NCBI GenBank assembly: GCA_964576205.1
Contig: CAZNUL010000011.1
Coordinates: 756 to 64,755 of the forward strand
Direction: 5' to 3'
DNA length: 64,000 nucleotides
Origin: an uncultured Fimbriimonadaceae bacterium
GTDB lineage: Bacteria > Armatimonadota > Fimbriimonadia > Fimbriimonadales > Fimbriimonadaceae
Part shown: piece by piece, positions 36,291 to 45,565 of the stretch
Position numbering within the stretch: position 1 is the stretch's first letter
Layout of the letters: each line of letters opens with the position of its first letter
Program-made: the position numbers and the translations under genes
The notes under the pieces: generated by a model
Databases searched by the model: none
Told to the model about the DNA's origin: nothing
What the model saw: only the letters and a program-made list of their open reading frames with translations

Positions 36291-38372
36291 CTACCCCTCG
36301 ACTTCGTTCGGGAACAAGACCTTGCTCGAGGGGTGGTCGATGAGATACTGCTGAATCGTGAACGGCTTTCCGTCAGGAACGCGGCGCAGGTAAGAACCGT
36401 CGGGCTCCATGTCCCAGGCGTTCGTGTTATCGCAGAAGTAGCGCCCAAGGATTTGGTCGCGAACGTGAGCGATCAGGTCGGGCCTGGCGATCGGCACAAG
36501 CACTTCGATGCGGCGATCCAGATTCCGGCGCATGAGATCGGAGCTTCCGATCAGGAGCTCGGGATTGCCGCCATTCTCGAAGTACAGGACACGACTGTGT
36601 TCGAGGAATCGACCGACGACGGAGATCACGCGAATGTTTTGACTCAGGTCGGGAATGCCGGGCCTGAGCGTGCAAATACCGCGGATGATGAGGTCGATCT
36701 CGACCCCGGCATCGTTGGCTTCATAGAGTGCGTTGATGATGTCGGGATCGACGAGCGAGTTGAGCTTGAAAATAATCCTGCCCTGCGAGTGTCGGGTTTC
36801 GCGACGGATTCGCTGAATGACTGCTTCGCGTAGTCCAGTTGGCGCTACGAGCAGCTTCCTGTAGTCTCGCTGACGACTGAATCCGGTCAACACGTTGAAT
36901 AGCTCCGCGACGTCTTGGGTGATACTGTCGTCGGCCGTGAACAAGCCCAGGTCGGTGTAAAGGAGAGCGGTCCCCGGGTTGTAGTTACCGGTCCCGATGT
37001 GCGCATAGGTTCGGACACCGCCCGAGCCCTTCCTAACGATGAGGCAGAGCTTGCAATGTGTCTTGAGCTCTGTGAAACCGTAAGTGACATGCACGCCCGC
37101 CTGTTCCAAGGCTCTCGCCCAGCCGAGGTTGTTACTTTCGTCGAAGCGGGCTTTTAGCTCGACCATGACGGCCACCTGCTTTCCCGCCTCAGCCGCCGCG
37201 AGAAGGGCCTCGACGATCGGGGAGGGAGTTCCCACCCGGTAGAGGGTCATTTTGATGCCGATGACGTCGGGATCGACGGCCGCCGACCGCACATAGTGTT
37301 CGACCGGTCTAAAGCTGTCGAACGGATGGTGGAGGAGGGCGTCGGTCGAATCGAGCTGTTCGAAGAGAAGCTTCGAAGTCGAAAGCGAGTCGGCGAGATA
37401 CGGCTGGAAACGGGGATACCTTAGGTCGACGCGATCGATCGCCGACAGCTCCCAGAGCGCGTCGAGGCCGAGAAGGCCGTTTCCCTCGTGGAGATTCTGC
37501 GGGCCTAGGTCCAGGATCTCCATGAGCTGGCCGCGGACCGACTCCGGCATGTCGGCGCTAACCTCCAGCAGGACCGGATCGCCGAAGCGACGCTGTTTGA
37601 TCGTTTGTTCGATGGTCTCGAGGAGATCGCCGGCCTCGAGCTCTCTTATTTCGATGTCCGCATCCCGGATCACTCGAAACACGTGGGTGGCAAAGATCTC
37701 AACGCCGGGAAACAAGGCGCCGAGATTGTTCCGTATCAGGTCTTCGGCCAAGACGAACGAGTGACCTCGGTTTCCAACCCGTACGAGCCGAGGGAGAACG
37801 CTCGGCACTTTCACACGCGCGAGCCGGCTGTTCCCTTGCTCGTCGTTCAGAATGGCCGCGATGTTGAGGCTGCGATTCGAGATAAAGGGGATTGTCGTCG
37901 CCGGATGCAGGATCAGGGGGGTGCACAGAGGAAAGATGTTTTTTCTGAAGTAGGCATCGAGCTCGTGCTTCCGCTTGTCGCTGAGGCCGTCGTACGGCAC
38001 AATCCCGACTCCTTGGGCGGCAAGAGCCGGAAGCAGCTCGCCATGCAAGATCTCTGAGGCGTGCCGCCGCATCGGGGGAACGGTCTTTGCGATCAGGCTG
38101 AGCTGTTCGGAGGGGCCGAGTCCGTCCGGGGTCATCTCGTAGAGCCCGCTCTCGTTCTGCTCCATGAGGCCCGAGACACGAACCATGTAGAATTCGTCGA
38201 GGTTCGACTCGAAGATGGCGAGGAACTTCAGTCGCTCGAGAAGCGGATTCTCCGGTCGCGACGCCTCTTCTAGGACTCGCCCATTGAATTGGAGCCAACT
38301 GTATTCGCGGTTGACGAAGCGGTCCGAACGCAGCCACTTCTTCGCCTTCGGCGCGCGCCTTAGAGAGGACAA
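36291..38372 (-). CDS. ppk1: Polyphosphate kinase 1
   Basis: FVNREYSWLQFNGRVLEEA, the LDEFYMVRVSGL N-domain and the HxK-type C-domains. The proposed TTG start at 38372 has GGAGGA 8 nt upstream and gives 693 aa. The track's longer ORF overlaps ppx. Confidence 0.85.
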   Translation of the reverse strand: MSSLRRAPKAKKWLRSDRFVNREYSWLQFNGRVLEEASRPENPLLERLKFLAIFESNLDEFYMVRVSGLMEQNESGLYEMTPDGLGPSEQLSLIAKTVPPMRRHASEILHGELLPALAAQGVGIVPYDGLSDKRKHELDAYFRKNIFPLCTPLILHPATTIPFISNRSLNIAAILNDEQGNSRLARVKVPSVLPRLVRVGNRGHSFVLAEDLIRNNLGALFPGVEIFATHVFRVIRDADIEIRELEAGDLLETIEQTIKQRRFGDPVLLEVSADMPESVRGQLMEILDLGPQNLHEGNGLLGLDALWELSAIDRVDLRYPRFQPYLADSLSTSKLLFEQLDSTDALLHHPFDSFRPVEHYVRSAAVDPDVIGIKMTLYRVGTPSPIVEALLAAAEAGKQVAVMVELKARFDESNNLGWARALEQAGVHVTYGFTELKTHCKLCLIVRKGSGGVRTYAHIGTGNYNPGTALLYTDLGLFTADDSITQDVAELFNVLTGFSRQRDYRKLLVAPTGLREAVIQRIRRETRHSQGRIIFKLNSLVDPDIINALYEANDAGVEIDLIIRGICTLRPGIPDLSQNIRVISVVGRFLEHSRVLYFENGGNPELLIGSSDLMRRNLDRRIEVLVPIARPDLIAHVRDQILGRYFCDNTNAWDMEPDGSYLRRVPDGKPFTIQQYLIDHPSSKVLFPNEVEG

Positions 38373-39268
38373 CCTTTGATCCTCCCCGTCGCCATCTGAA
38401 GGACGGCCCCCTCGCGCACTCCAAAACGGCTCACCAGCATTCGGTCGCGTTTGTACTTTCGAAGAATCTCGCGGAAGATGATCGCTCCCGGCAGGAGGGT
38501 CGCCGCCCTTCTCGGTTTCACCTGGAATCTGATGCCGATCTGGTCGATTGCCAGTCGCTGAGTTGCCCAAATCAGGTAGTCGAGTTCCTGGATCGCGATC
38601 TCCCGGTCGCTGTCGGCGTGAAGGGCTCGCCAGATCCCCCGGGCGACGCCACCGCTCGCCGTGATCTGCTCGACCTCGGGGTGCTCCGGGGCCCTGGCGA
38701 TCTCCTTTCGAATCATTTCCGTGAGCTTCTGGACCTTTTCCTCCCGACAAGGAAAGAACAGCCCCATGCGGGCACTCAAAGTGCCGGTTCCGAGAGGCAA
38801 TGAAGTATCGTCCACGAGCTCGCCGCCTCGTGCGAACGCGACCTGAGCGCTACCACCGCCAACTTCCGCCACGATCATTTCATCGGCGCCATCGCTGTCG
38901 ACCAACACCCCCGCGATGCCGAGTTCTGCCTCGCGTTGGCCGCTCACGAGGTCAACTTCGACACCGACTTCCACCCTGATTCGCTTCAGAACTTTCTTCG
39001 CGTTCTTCGCGGTGCGCATCGCCTCGGTGCCGAAAACGTAGAATCGCTCGGCCCTGTCGGCCTTGGCCTGGCTGCGGTAAACGTCCAAGGTCTCGATAAG
39101 CTGGTCCTGAAGAGGAAGGGGGACTTCGCCCTCACGGGCGACGACTTCGCCCAGATTAAGCCACTCGTTGACGTCGGTTACCCGATGGATGCTTCCCTCG
39201 TTGGTGTCTGCGACGAGGAGATGGAGGGTGTTGCTGCCGATATCAACGGTGGAGAGCACTCTCCCCAT
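38360..39268 (-). CDS. ppx: Ppx/GppA-family phosphatase (short form)
   Basis: N-terminal VDIGSNTLHLLVAD actin-like ATPase-fold motif. At 302 aa it lacks the long C-terminal domains. Confidence 0.8.
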   Translation of the reverse strand: MGRVLSTVDIGSNTLHLLVADTNEGSIHRVTDVNEWLNLGEVVAREGEVPLPLQDQLIETLDVYRSQAKADRAERFYVFGTEAMRTAKNAKKVLKRIRVEVGVEVDLVSGQREAELGIAGVLVDSDGADEMIVAEVGGGSAQVAFARGGELVDDTSLPLGTGTLSARMGLFFPCREEKVQKLTEMIRKEIARAPEHPEVEQITASGGVARGIWRALHADSDREIAIQELDYLIWATQRLAIDQIGIRFQVKPRRAATLLPGAIIFREILRKYKRDRMLVSRFGVREGAVLQMATGRIKGCPL

Positions 39269-39376
39269 AGCCTAGTGTGGCACGGCGCGTTTGCGCCTTG
39301 TCGATAACGTGTTCTTAACGAAGGCGCATTTAGTTGACTCTGTGGAGTCCCCCTTCAGGTTGGCGAACTGGCCCGC

Positions 39377-40471
39377 TCAATGCCCAAACACCCGCTGGAT
39401 CGCCTCCAAGTGGCCCGTCCCATAGGTTGTGTCCGGCTCCAGATAGCTCCCCTCCGTCCACTCGTTCCACGAGTTGATCGTCAGGACCTTGGGTGTATCG
39501 CGCCGGCCATCGAGAAACGCCTTCGCCATGCGCAGGGCCGATTCGAACTGGGCCGGAGTGCTCATCGTGACGCGAGTGAGCCAGGAAAACCGCGGCGTGT
39601 TGTCCCATCCCACGCTCACATTCGGGAAGTAAGGAACCGGCCACTTCGACTGGAACTCCGGCCATTGAGCCTCCGCTTTCCTTGACCAATCCGGGTAAGG
39701 CTCCGGCCCTAGATGGTGAACCCAAACGTAGTCGGTCACACTATCGAATCCGAGCTTCGAGACCAGCTCCGGCGTCAACGGTCCCCAACCCACGGCGTTG
39801 AGATGGATGCCCGTGAATCCGGCGACCTTGGCCTTCTCGCGAAACGCGTCTAGCGCAGCCCGCGCCTGGTCGATCCCGCCGAGCCCATCGACCAGGGTCT
39901 TCACCTCATAAATGGAGAAATAGGGTTTGCCGCCGACCCTCCAATAGTTCGGCCGTCGAAAGTATTTGATCGCCTCGTCTTCGACGTGGCCGAAGACTTT
40001 GGCGTCGACGGCGCCACGGTAGATCAGGGGAGGCGGCTTGCCTTCGAATGCGGGATGAACGTCGAGCCAATCGTGGTTCGCCCACATGAGTGCGAACTTG
40101 AGCCTGCCGCGATTGTGAGCCTTGAGGAAACCCCGGTCGAGTCCGCCGTTGAGATACGGAGCGTCCTCATACCAGTACCAGTCGAAGATAAAGGCATCGA
40201 TCCCATGGTTGGCCGCGGCATCGATCTTCCTCGCCATCTGGCGTGGATCGGATTCGTCCTCGTAACCCCAGGCCGGCACTCGCGGCTGGGCATGGCCTTG
40301 GAATCGAGGCTCGGCCGCTCGGGTCAGGTCCCACTCGGTCCAGCCCTTCCCTTTTCGGGCTTCGTTGCGGGGGTCGGCGTGGTACCCGGGGAAATAGTAG
40401 ACGGCCACGTCCACCGGGCCCTCGGCGCCTCGTGCTCCGGTCGCGCACATGAGCGCCAAGGCTGCAATCAT
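39377..40471 (-). CDS. Secreted WbsX-like / GH99-like domain protein
   Basis: Signal peptide. YYFPGYHADPRNEARKGKGWTEWD resembles the conserved N-terminal block of the WbsX/GH99-like family, recalled from memory. Confidence 0.45.
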   Translation of the reverse strand: MIAALALMCATGARGAEGPVDVAVYYFPGYHADPRNEARKGKGWTEWDLTRAAEPRFQGHAQPRVPAWGYEDESDPRQMARKIDAAANHGIDAFIFDWYWYEDAPYLNGGLDRGFLKAHNRGRLKFALMWANHDWLDVHPAFEGKPPPLIYRGAVDAKVFGHVEDEAIKYFRRPNYWRVGGKPYFSIYEVKTLVDGLGGIDQARAALDAFREKAKVAGFTGIHLNAVGWGPLTPELVSKLGFDSVTDYVWVHHLGPEPYPDWSRKAEAQWPEFQSKWPVPYFPNVSVGWDNTPRFSWLTRVTMSTPAQFESALRMAKAFLDGRRDTPKVLTINSWNEWTEGSYLEPDTTYGTGHLEAIQRVFGH

Positions 40472-40621
40472 TTCGAGGACTTCATCCTGACAGCCATGTT
40501 ACACGCCAGGGTTGGCCCCGCGGTCGGCTCGCCGGAACCGGATCAACGCCGGTCAGCGAATTGCGGGTTTTCACCCTGTCCGCCCTGGATTGGCACGAAA
40601 ATCGGAACAGCCAGCGGCGAT

Positions 40622-40825
40622 ATGGCCGAAAAGATCGACTGCTGGTACTGCGGCGAGATCAATGAGATCGCGCAGATCGCCAATCCTTACAACGACAAGG
40701 TCGTGGTTCACTGCCAGCTTTGCAATTCGACTATCTGGGATAGCCAAACCGGCAGGCTGGAGAAAGATGTTTTGTCGATGGCGTCGCTCCAGAATCCCAG
40801 AATCGCGAATCATCAGGGATTGTAA
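40622..40825 (+). CDS. Small zinc-ribbon protein (hypothetical)
   Basis: 67-aa tail of track ORF 39986..40825, starting MAEKIDCWYCGE. It has two CxxC pairs (CWYC and CQLC). The upstream part of that ORF is antisense to the preceding gene. Confidence 0.4.
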   Translation: MAEKIDCWYCGEINEIAQIANPYNDKVVVHCQLCNSTIWDSQTGRLEKDVLSMASLQNPRIANHQGL

Positions 40826-40888
40826 CTAAACATCTCGCGGCCGCAGAACTGGTAAGTCAGCCGGAGAATCCGCTGTTACCATGAAGCT

Positions 40889-41488
40889 ATGCCTCGGGTA
40901 GCGCTGCCTCTCGTCCATAAGGCCCTAAAGCGTGCGGTCAAAGCCCACAAAAGGCAGGACCGGGATGGCGAATTCCCGCTGCCCTATGCGACCCATCCTG
41001 TCGACGTTTTGAATCTCCTATGGTACGACGCGGACGTGCGAGACGAAGAGATTCTGGCAGCCGCGCTTCTACATGACGTCCTGGAAGAGACGGATGAGGA
41101 GGTTCAGGGTCTTAGGCAGGCATTCGGGGAACGAGTAGCGCGGATCGTCAAGGAACTTACCCGCGACGAGCCGGACCGGACCGGGCTCTCCGCAGAGGAG
41201 ATTTGGCAGGTCCGGACTCAGGCTATGCTCGAAGAGATTGACCGAATGGGAGAGGAAGCGAAGCTGATCAAGCTTGCCGATCGTGCCTCAAATCTTCGGT
41301 CCGCTCTCTTGACTCGCAGTGGTGACGCGCTGAACAAATACATCCGGCAATCCCACCTGATACTCGAACACATCGATCGCGAGATTTGCCCCTTGCTATG
41401 GGACCGCGTCAAGGATCTGGCGGCTACGGTGTCGGTTCCGAATCGGACGGTGAATTTCGCTGAAGAGCTCGAAATTACTCTGAGCTGA
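40889..41488 (+). CDS. HD-domain (p)ppGpp hydrolase-like protein (small alarmone hydrolase type)
   Basis: YATHPVDV ... AALLHDVLEETD is the HD motif of RelA/SpoT-type hydrolase domains. The 199-aa protein has no synthetase domain. Confidence 0.65.
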   Translation: MPRVALPLVHKALKRAVKAHKRQDRDGEFPLPYATHPVDVLNLLWYDADVRDEEILAAALLHDVLEETDEEVQGLRQAFGERVARIVKELTRDEPDRTGLSAEEIWQVRTQAMLEEIDRMGEEAKLIKLADRASNLRSALLTRSGDALNKYIRQSHLILEHIDREICPLLWDRVKDLAATVSVPNRTVNFAEELEITLS

Positions 41489-41501
41489 CCCTTGTGCGGG
41501 G

Positions 41502-41647
41502 GGTAGTGGGTCAGTTTGGATGTGGCATCGCCTTCTAGGCGATGTGTGCCAGGAGCTTCCAGCTCCTGCTTCCGGCGGCTGGAAGCCGTCGACACACACT
41601 CCGGCAAGATGCCGGAGCCACGAGAAAATGCAAACTGAGCCACTACC
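41502..41647. mobile_element. MITE-like element: 146 bp with 17-bp terminal inverted repeats and a flanking direct repeat
   Basis: GGTAGTGGGTCAGTTTG (41502-41518) matches the reverse complement of CAAACTGAGCCACTACC (41631-41647) at 16 of 17 positions. TGCGGGG abuts both ends (41495-41501 and 41648-41654). The interior holds 3-4 hairpins. Confidence 0.6.
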
Positions 41648-41687
41648 TGCGGGGGCCGAATTCAGGTTCAAAAGGTAAACTTCTGAG

Positions 41688-43556
41688 ATGCCCGCTCACA
41701 TCCGCAACGTCGGCATCATCGCGCATGTCGACCACGGAAAGACGACGTTGGTCGACGCCATTTTCAAGCAGGCGGGAATCTTTCGCGAGAACCAGCACAT
41801 GGGCGAGCGGATCATGGATTCGAACGACCTCGAGCGTGAAAAGGGCATCACGATTCTTTCGAAGGTCGCGAGCGTTCGCTACAGAGACATTAAAATCAAC
41901 ATCGTCGATACTCCCGGCCACGCCGATTTCGGCGGCGAAGTCGAGCGCGTGCTGTCGATGGTCGACGGCGTGCTGCTCGTCGTCGACGCAAACGAGGGTC
42001 CGATGCCGCAAACGCGATTCGTCCTCAAAAAGGCATTTGAGAACAAGCTGAAGCCGATCGTCTTCATCAACAAGATCGACAGGGACAACGCACGCCCGCT
42101 TCACACCTACGACAAGACGATCGACCTCTTCATAGACCTCGGCGCCGATGAGGACGACCTGTTCTTCCCTCACCTCTATGGAAGCGGGGCAGGAGGCTAT
42201 GCCCGTGTCGAACCGGACGGCGGCGAAAAGGACATGCGCGAGCTGTTCGAAATGATCGTCAACGCGATCCCACCGCCTCGAGTCGAGTTGGAGGGCGCTT
42301 TCCTGCTCCAGGTCAACAATCTCGATTACAGCGATTATCTCGGCCGGATGTTCGGCGGCAAAGTTCTGCGCGGAACAGTAAAGGTTGGCGACCGAGTCGA
42401 GCAACTTCGCGAGGGCAGCGACAAAAAGTCCGGCTTCAATGTGACCAAGCTCTGGACTTACGAAGGGATCCAGATGAAGGAGGTCGAGGAAGTCTCGGCC
42501 GGCGAGATTGCCATGCTCGCCGGACTTGACAACGTGTTGATCTCTGACACCATCGCCCATGTTGATTCCACCGAACCTCTCCCGGCGATCAAAGTCGAGC
42601 CATCGACCCTTTCAATGAACTTCTATGCCAACAACTCGCCGCTCGCGGGCAAGGATGGCGGGCGATTCCTCACGATTCACAAGATCCGGGAGCGAGTCGA
42701 GAAAGAGGAAGCCGTCTCTGTCAGCGTGAAGATCGATACGAACACCGCTCCGGATACCGTGAAGGTGCAGGCCCGGGGTGAGCTACAGCTCGCCATCCTC
42801 GTCGAGACAATGCGGCGCGAGGGCTACGAAATGCAGATCTCGCGCCCGCAGGTGATCTATCAACGTGGCATCTCGGAGGGGTCGCCGGCCAGCCATCGAC
42901 AAGGCGCCGATGCCACCGTGTACGAGCCGTTCGAAATCGCGATTCTGGAGATGCCCGAGGAGTCGGTTGGACTCGCGATGGAGGACATGAGCCGGCGCAA
43001 GGGCGACCTCGTCGATATGCGCAAGAGCGATACCGGCACGACCACGCTCGAGTACTCGATACCGACCCGCGGGCTGATTGGATTTCGATCCCAATTCCTG
43101 ACCATGACGCGCGGCCTCGGAATCATCTCGAGCCTGTTCGACGGCTACAAGCCCTACAAGGGTGAAATCACCGACCGGACCCAGGGCTCGCTGATTGCCA
43201 AGGACCCAGGGAAGCTGACCCGCTATGCTTACGAAGATGTTCAGGAGCGGGGCACGCTTTTCTATCCGGTGGGAATCGACGTCTACGGGGGCATGATCGT
43301 CGGAGCATGCTCGCGTGACGAGGACATGATCGTCAACGCGACCAAGGAGAAGCACGCGACGAACATCCGCTCCGCGACCTCCGAATCGACCATCGCCCTC
43401 GATCCTTATAAAGAGTTCTCGCTGGAACAAGCGCTCGCCTGGCTTCGCGACGACGAGCTCCTTGAGGTCACGCCAAAGCAGCTTCGCTTCCGGAAGAAGA
43501 TCCTCGACCATTCTGAGCGCCGCGTTTCCGAGCGGCGCAGCGAGGTTCTGGTTTAG
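41688..43556 (+). CDS. typA: Translational GTPase TypA/BipA
   Basis: G1 motif [24 protein letters not shown] and NKIDR, with EF-G-like domains. Confidence 0.95.
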   Translation: MPAHIRNVGIIAHVDHGKTTLVDAIFKQAGIFRENQHMGERIMDSNDLEREKGITILSKVASVRYRDIKINIVDTPGHADFGGEVERVLSMVDGVLLVVDANEGPMPQTRFVLKKAFENKLKPIVFINKIDRDNARPLHTYDKTIDLFIDLGADEDDLFFPHLYGSGAGGYARVEPDGGEKDMRELFEMIVNAIPPPRVELEGAFLLQVNNLDYSDYLGRMFGGKVLRGTVKVGDRVEQLREGSDKKSGFNVTKLWTYEGIQMKEVEEVSAGEIAMLAGLDNVLISDTIAHVDSTEPLPAIKVEPSTLSMNFYANNSPLAGKDGGRFLTIHKIRERVEKEEAVSVSVKIDTNTAPDTVKVQARGELQLAILVETMRREGYEMQISRPQVIYQRGISEGSPASHRQGADATVYEPFEIAILEMPEESVGLAMEDMSRRKGDLVDMRKSDTGTTTLEYSIPTRGLIGFRSQFLTMTRGLGIISSLFDGYKPYKGEITDRTQGSLIAKDPGKLTRYAYEDVQERGTLFYPVGIDVYGGMIVGACSRDEDMIVNATKEKHATNIRSATSESTIALDPYKEFSLEQALAWLRDDELLEVTPKQLRFRKKILDHSERRVSERRSEVLV

Positions 43557-43667
43557 AAGCGGTAAATCTGAGCCTGCGGACTCTTAACGACTCCTCAGGT
43601 AGCAGGCAATTGCACTGGGTGACGATTCGAGTTAAAATGAGGTTGTCTCATACCGGAGGTATTCGCT

Positions 43668-43889
43668 TTGAAGAACATCGTTCGTGCTCTCACAATCCTG
43701 GCCGTCGTTGGCTCGCTCATGCCGTTCGCCAACGCCACCGGCAATCCGAAGTGTAAAGACTGCGGAATGGTCCTGTCGTCCAAGAAAGACAAGGGTCACA
43801 CCGTCGCCGTCAAGATGGGAAAGAAGACTTACTATTGCTGCGCCGGCTGCGCAATGAACAAGAAGACGCCGGTCAAGAAGGGCAAGTAA
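43668..43889 (+). CDS. Small secreted Cys-rich protein, TRASH/YHS-like (paralog 1)
   Basis: TTG start with a GGAGG RBS and a signal peptide. The pattern is C-x2-C-x24-C-x3-C (CKDC...CCAGC), and GKKTYYCC resembles the TRASH/YHS zinc-ribbon metal-binding fold. Confidence 0.55.
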   Translation: MKNIVRALTILAVVGSLMPFANATGNPKCKDCGMVLSSKKDKGHTVAVKMGKKTYYCCAGCAMNKKTPVKKGK

Positions 43890-43912
43890 GGCTCCGCGAT
43901 CTTCGACAGTCA

Positions 43913-43939
43913 AGCTCCGGCATCCGCCGGAGCTTTTTT
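43913..43939 (+). terminator. Rho-independent terminator
   Basis: 9-bp stem AGCTCCGGC/GCCGGAGCT with a 4-nt loop, followed by TTTTTT. Confidence 0.85.
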
Positions 43940-44023
43940 GTGCCGTCGGCTCTCCATAGGCACGTTTGCAGTTCAACCGGCCCCGGCGTTAGAATTTGAC
44001 TGGCTCAACCAGGAGGATCCCAT

Positions 44024-44278
44024 TTGAAGAATCTGTTTCGCGCCATCGCTATCGTCTCGGCTCTGTGCACCCTCGCGCCCCTGGCCCTCTCGGCGGGAAA
44101 CCCTAAATGTCCGAAGTGCCACATGGAGCTCTCTTCGAAAAAAGACAAGAAGCACCCGGTGATGGTTAAGATGGGCAAGAAGACGTACTACTGCTGCTCT
44201 ACTTGCGGTGCGCACAAGAGCACGGCCAAGCCACAACCCATCAAAGTCTCGCCCATCAAGGGAGGCGGAACGAACTAG
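44024..44278 (+). CDS. Small secreted Cys-rich protein, TRASH/YHS-like (paralog 2)
   Basis: TTG start with an AGGAGG RBS and a signal peptide. GNPKCPKCHMELSSKKDKKHPVMVKMGKKTYYCCSTC is collinear with paralog 1. Confidence 0.55.
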   Translation: MKNLFRAIAIVSALCTLAPLALSAGNPKCPKCHMELSSKKDKKHPVMVKMGKKTYYCCSTCGAHKSTAKPQPIKVSPIKGGGTN

Positions 44279-44313
44279 CGGGGCGGGCACCGGAAACGGA
44301 TCGCAAGATCGGG

Positions 44314-45483
44314 TTACGCCGTCTTCTTGGCGGTGACTTCCCAGAGGCGAACAAGCTTGTCTTGTCCGCCTGCGGCAAGCTTAGAGCCGTCGCGGCTAAA
44401 GGCAACGCAGGCAATCGGCCGCGAGGAGGCTTCGATCCGAACGTTGCCGATCCCTTTAGCGGCATTCCAAAGACCGACCGTACCGTCTCGGGAGCCTGAC
44501 GCGAACAGCCAGCCGTTGGGATGGAATGCGAGGGTTTCGATCGGCTTGGTGTGACCAAACATCATCTTCTCGAGGCCGCCGTCGCTGAGCCGGAACACCC
44601 TGATCGATAGATCAACTGCGGCAACTGCCAAGTAACGGCTGTCCGCACTGAAGGCGAGCGCGGTAACCGTCGAACGCACTTGTCTGAAGGTGTGGAGCAA
44701 GGCTCCGTTCGCCGAGTGAAACAGCTTTACCGAAGCATCCGCGGAACCGGTCGCTAGGTATTTGCCGTCGGCGGACCAGGCTACCGCGGTCACGGACTGA
44801 TCGTGTTCCTTCTTCCGGTAGAGGTGTCCGCCATCCCTGGTGTTGCTTACGGCAAGAGTCTTGTAGAGGGAGCCCGTTGCTAATGCGTTGCCGTCGTCCG
44901 AGATCGCAAGGCAAGACACCCACTCCTCGTTTGTCGAGCGCCAACTGTCGACGATCGGTCCGTGGAGATGCCAAAAGGACACCAGGTGCTCGGCGCAGCC
45001 CGCGGCGACCAGCCGATCTTCCGGAAAGGCACGCAGAGTCGAGATCATGCCGGTTTCCAGCCTCGTCCTCTTCACCGGGCTGGCCGAACGGTCGTCCCAC
45101 CAAATGATCTCGTTATCGAACGCGCTCGAAACGAGGTGGCCGGTATCCGGAGTAAACGAGACCGCGTAAACGGGCGTGGCGTGAGCGGCCAGCCGGGCAA
45201 GGAACTTGACGATAATCGGCTTTTGCGGAGGCTCGCGTCGGGGTGCGGAGGGCGTTTCGAAAGCGCCCCCGGCGAGCATCGCGTCGTATTCCGTCCTTCG
45301 CTCCTCGTCGCTGAGAGTGTTGAAGGCCTCGTTGATACGCGCCATGTTCTCGTGCGCGTCGGGGTGGCTGCTTACGTCCGGGTGATGTTTACGCGCGAGT
45401 CGGCGGTAGGCTTTGCGGATCGTGTCGGGATTCGCGGACTGTGCGACGCCAAGCACTTCGTAAAATGAGGAAATCGTTTTCAA
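44314..45483 (-). CDS. J-domain protein fused to WD40 repeats
   Basis: The N-terminal FYEVLGV...AYRRLARKHHPD contains the HPD motif. The C-terminal part carries about 7 WD40-like repeats (e.g. VRLWEV, VGLWNA, IRVFRL). Confidence 0.8.
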   Translation of the reverse strand: MKTISSFYEVLGVAQSANPDTIRKAYRRLARKHHPDVSSHPDAHENMARINEAFNTLSDEERRTEYDAMLAGGAFETPSAPRREPPQKPIIVKFLARLAAHATPVYAVSFTPDTGHLVSSAFDNEIIWWDDRSASPVKRTRLETGMISTLRAFPEDRLVAAGCAEHLVSFWHLHGPIVDSWRSTNEEWVSCLAISDDGNALATGSLYKTLAVSNTRDGGHLYRKKEHDQSVTAVAWSADGKYLATGSADASVKLFHSANGALLHTFRQVRSTVTALAFSADSRYLAVAAVDLSIRVFRLSDGGLEKMMFGHTKPIETLAFHPNGWLFASGSRDGTVGLWNAAKGIGNVRIEASSRPIACVAFSRDGSKLAAGGQDKLVRLWEVTAKKTA

Positions 45484-45565
45484 TGGGAGTTTATCGCTCT
45501 ATTTTGAACGAGACCCTTCTCTAAACGCCATAGGCGGCCACGGAAGCTCAATGGTCCAGGATGGG

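Noticed and set aside
38373-38750. N-terminal 126-aa extension of the ppk1 ORF in the track (start at 38750).
   Set aside because: It lies entirely inside the ppx coding region in another frame and is low-complexity. A TTG with a good RBS at 38372 yields a normal-length PPK1.
39986-40621. Upstream 212 aa of track ORF 39986..40825.
   Set aside because: It is antisense to the WbsX-like gene and its translation has no motifs. Only the distal 67-aa zinc-ribbon part (40622..40825) lies in intergenic DNA, and even that is kept at low confidence.
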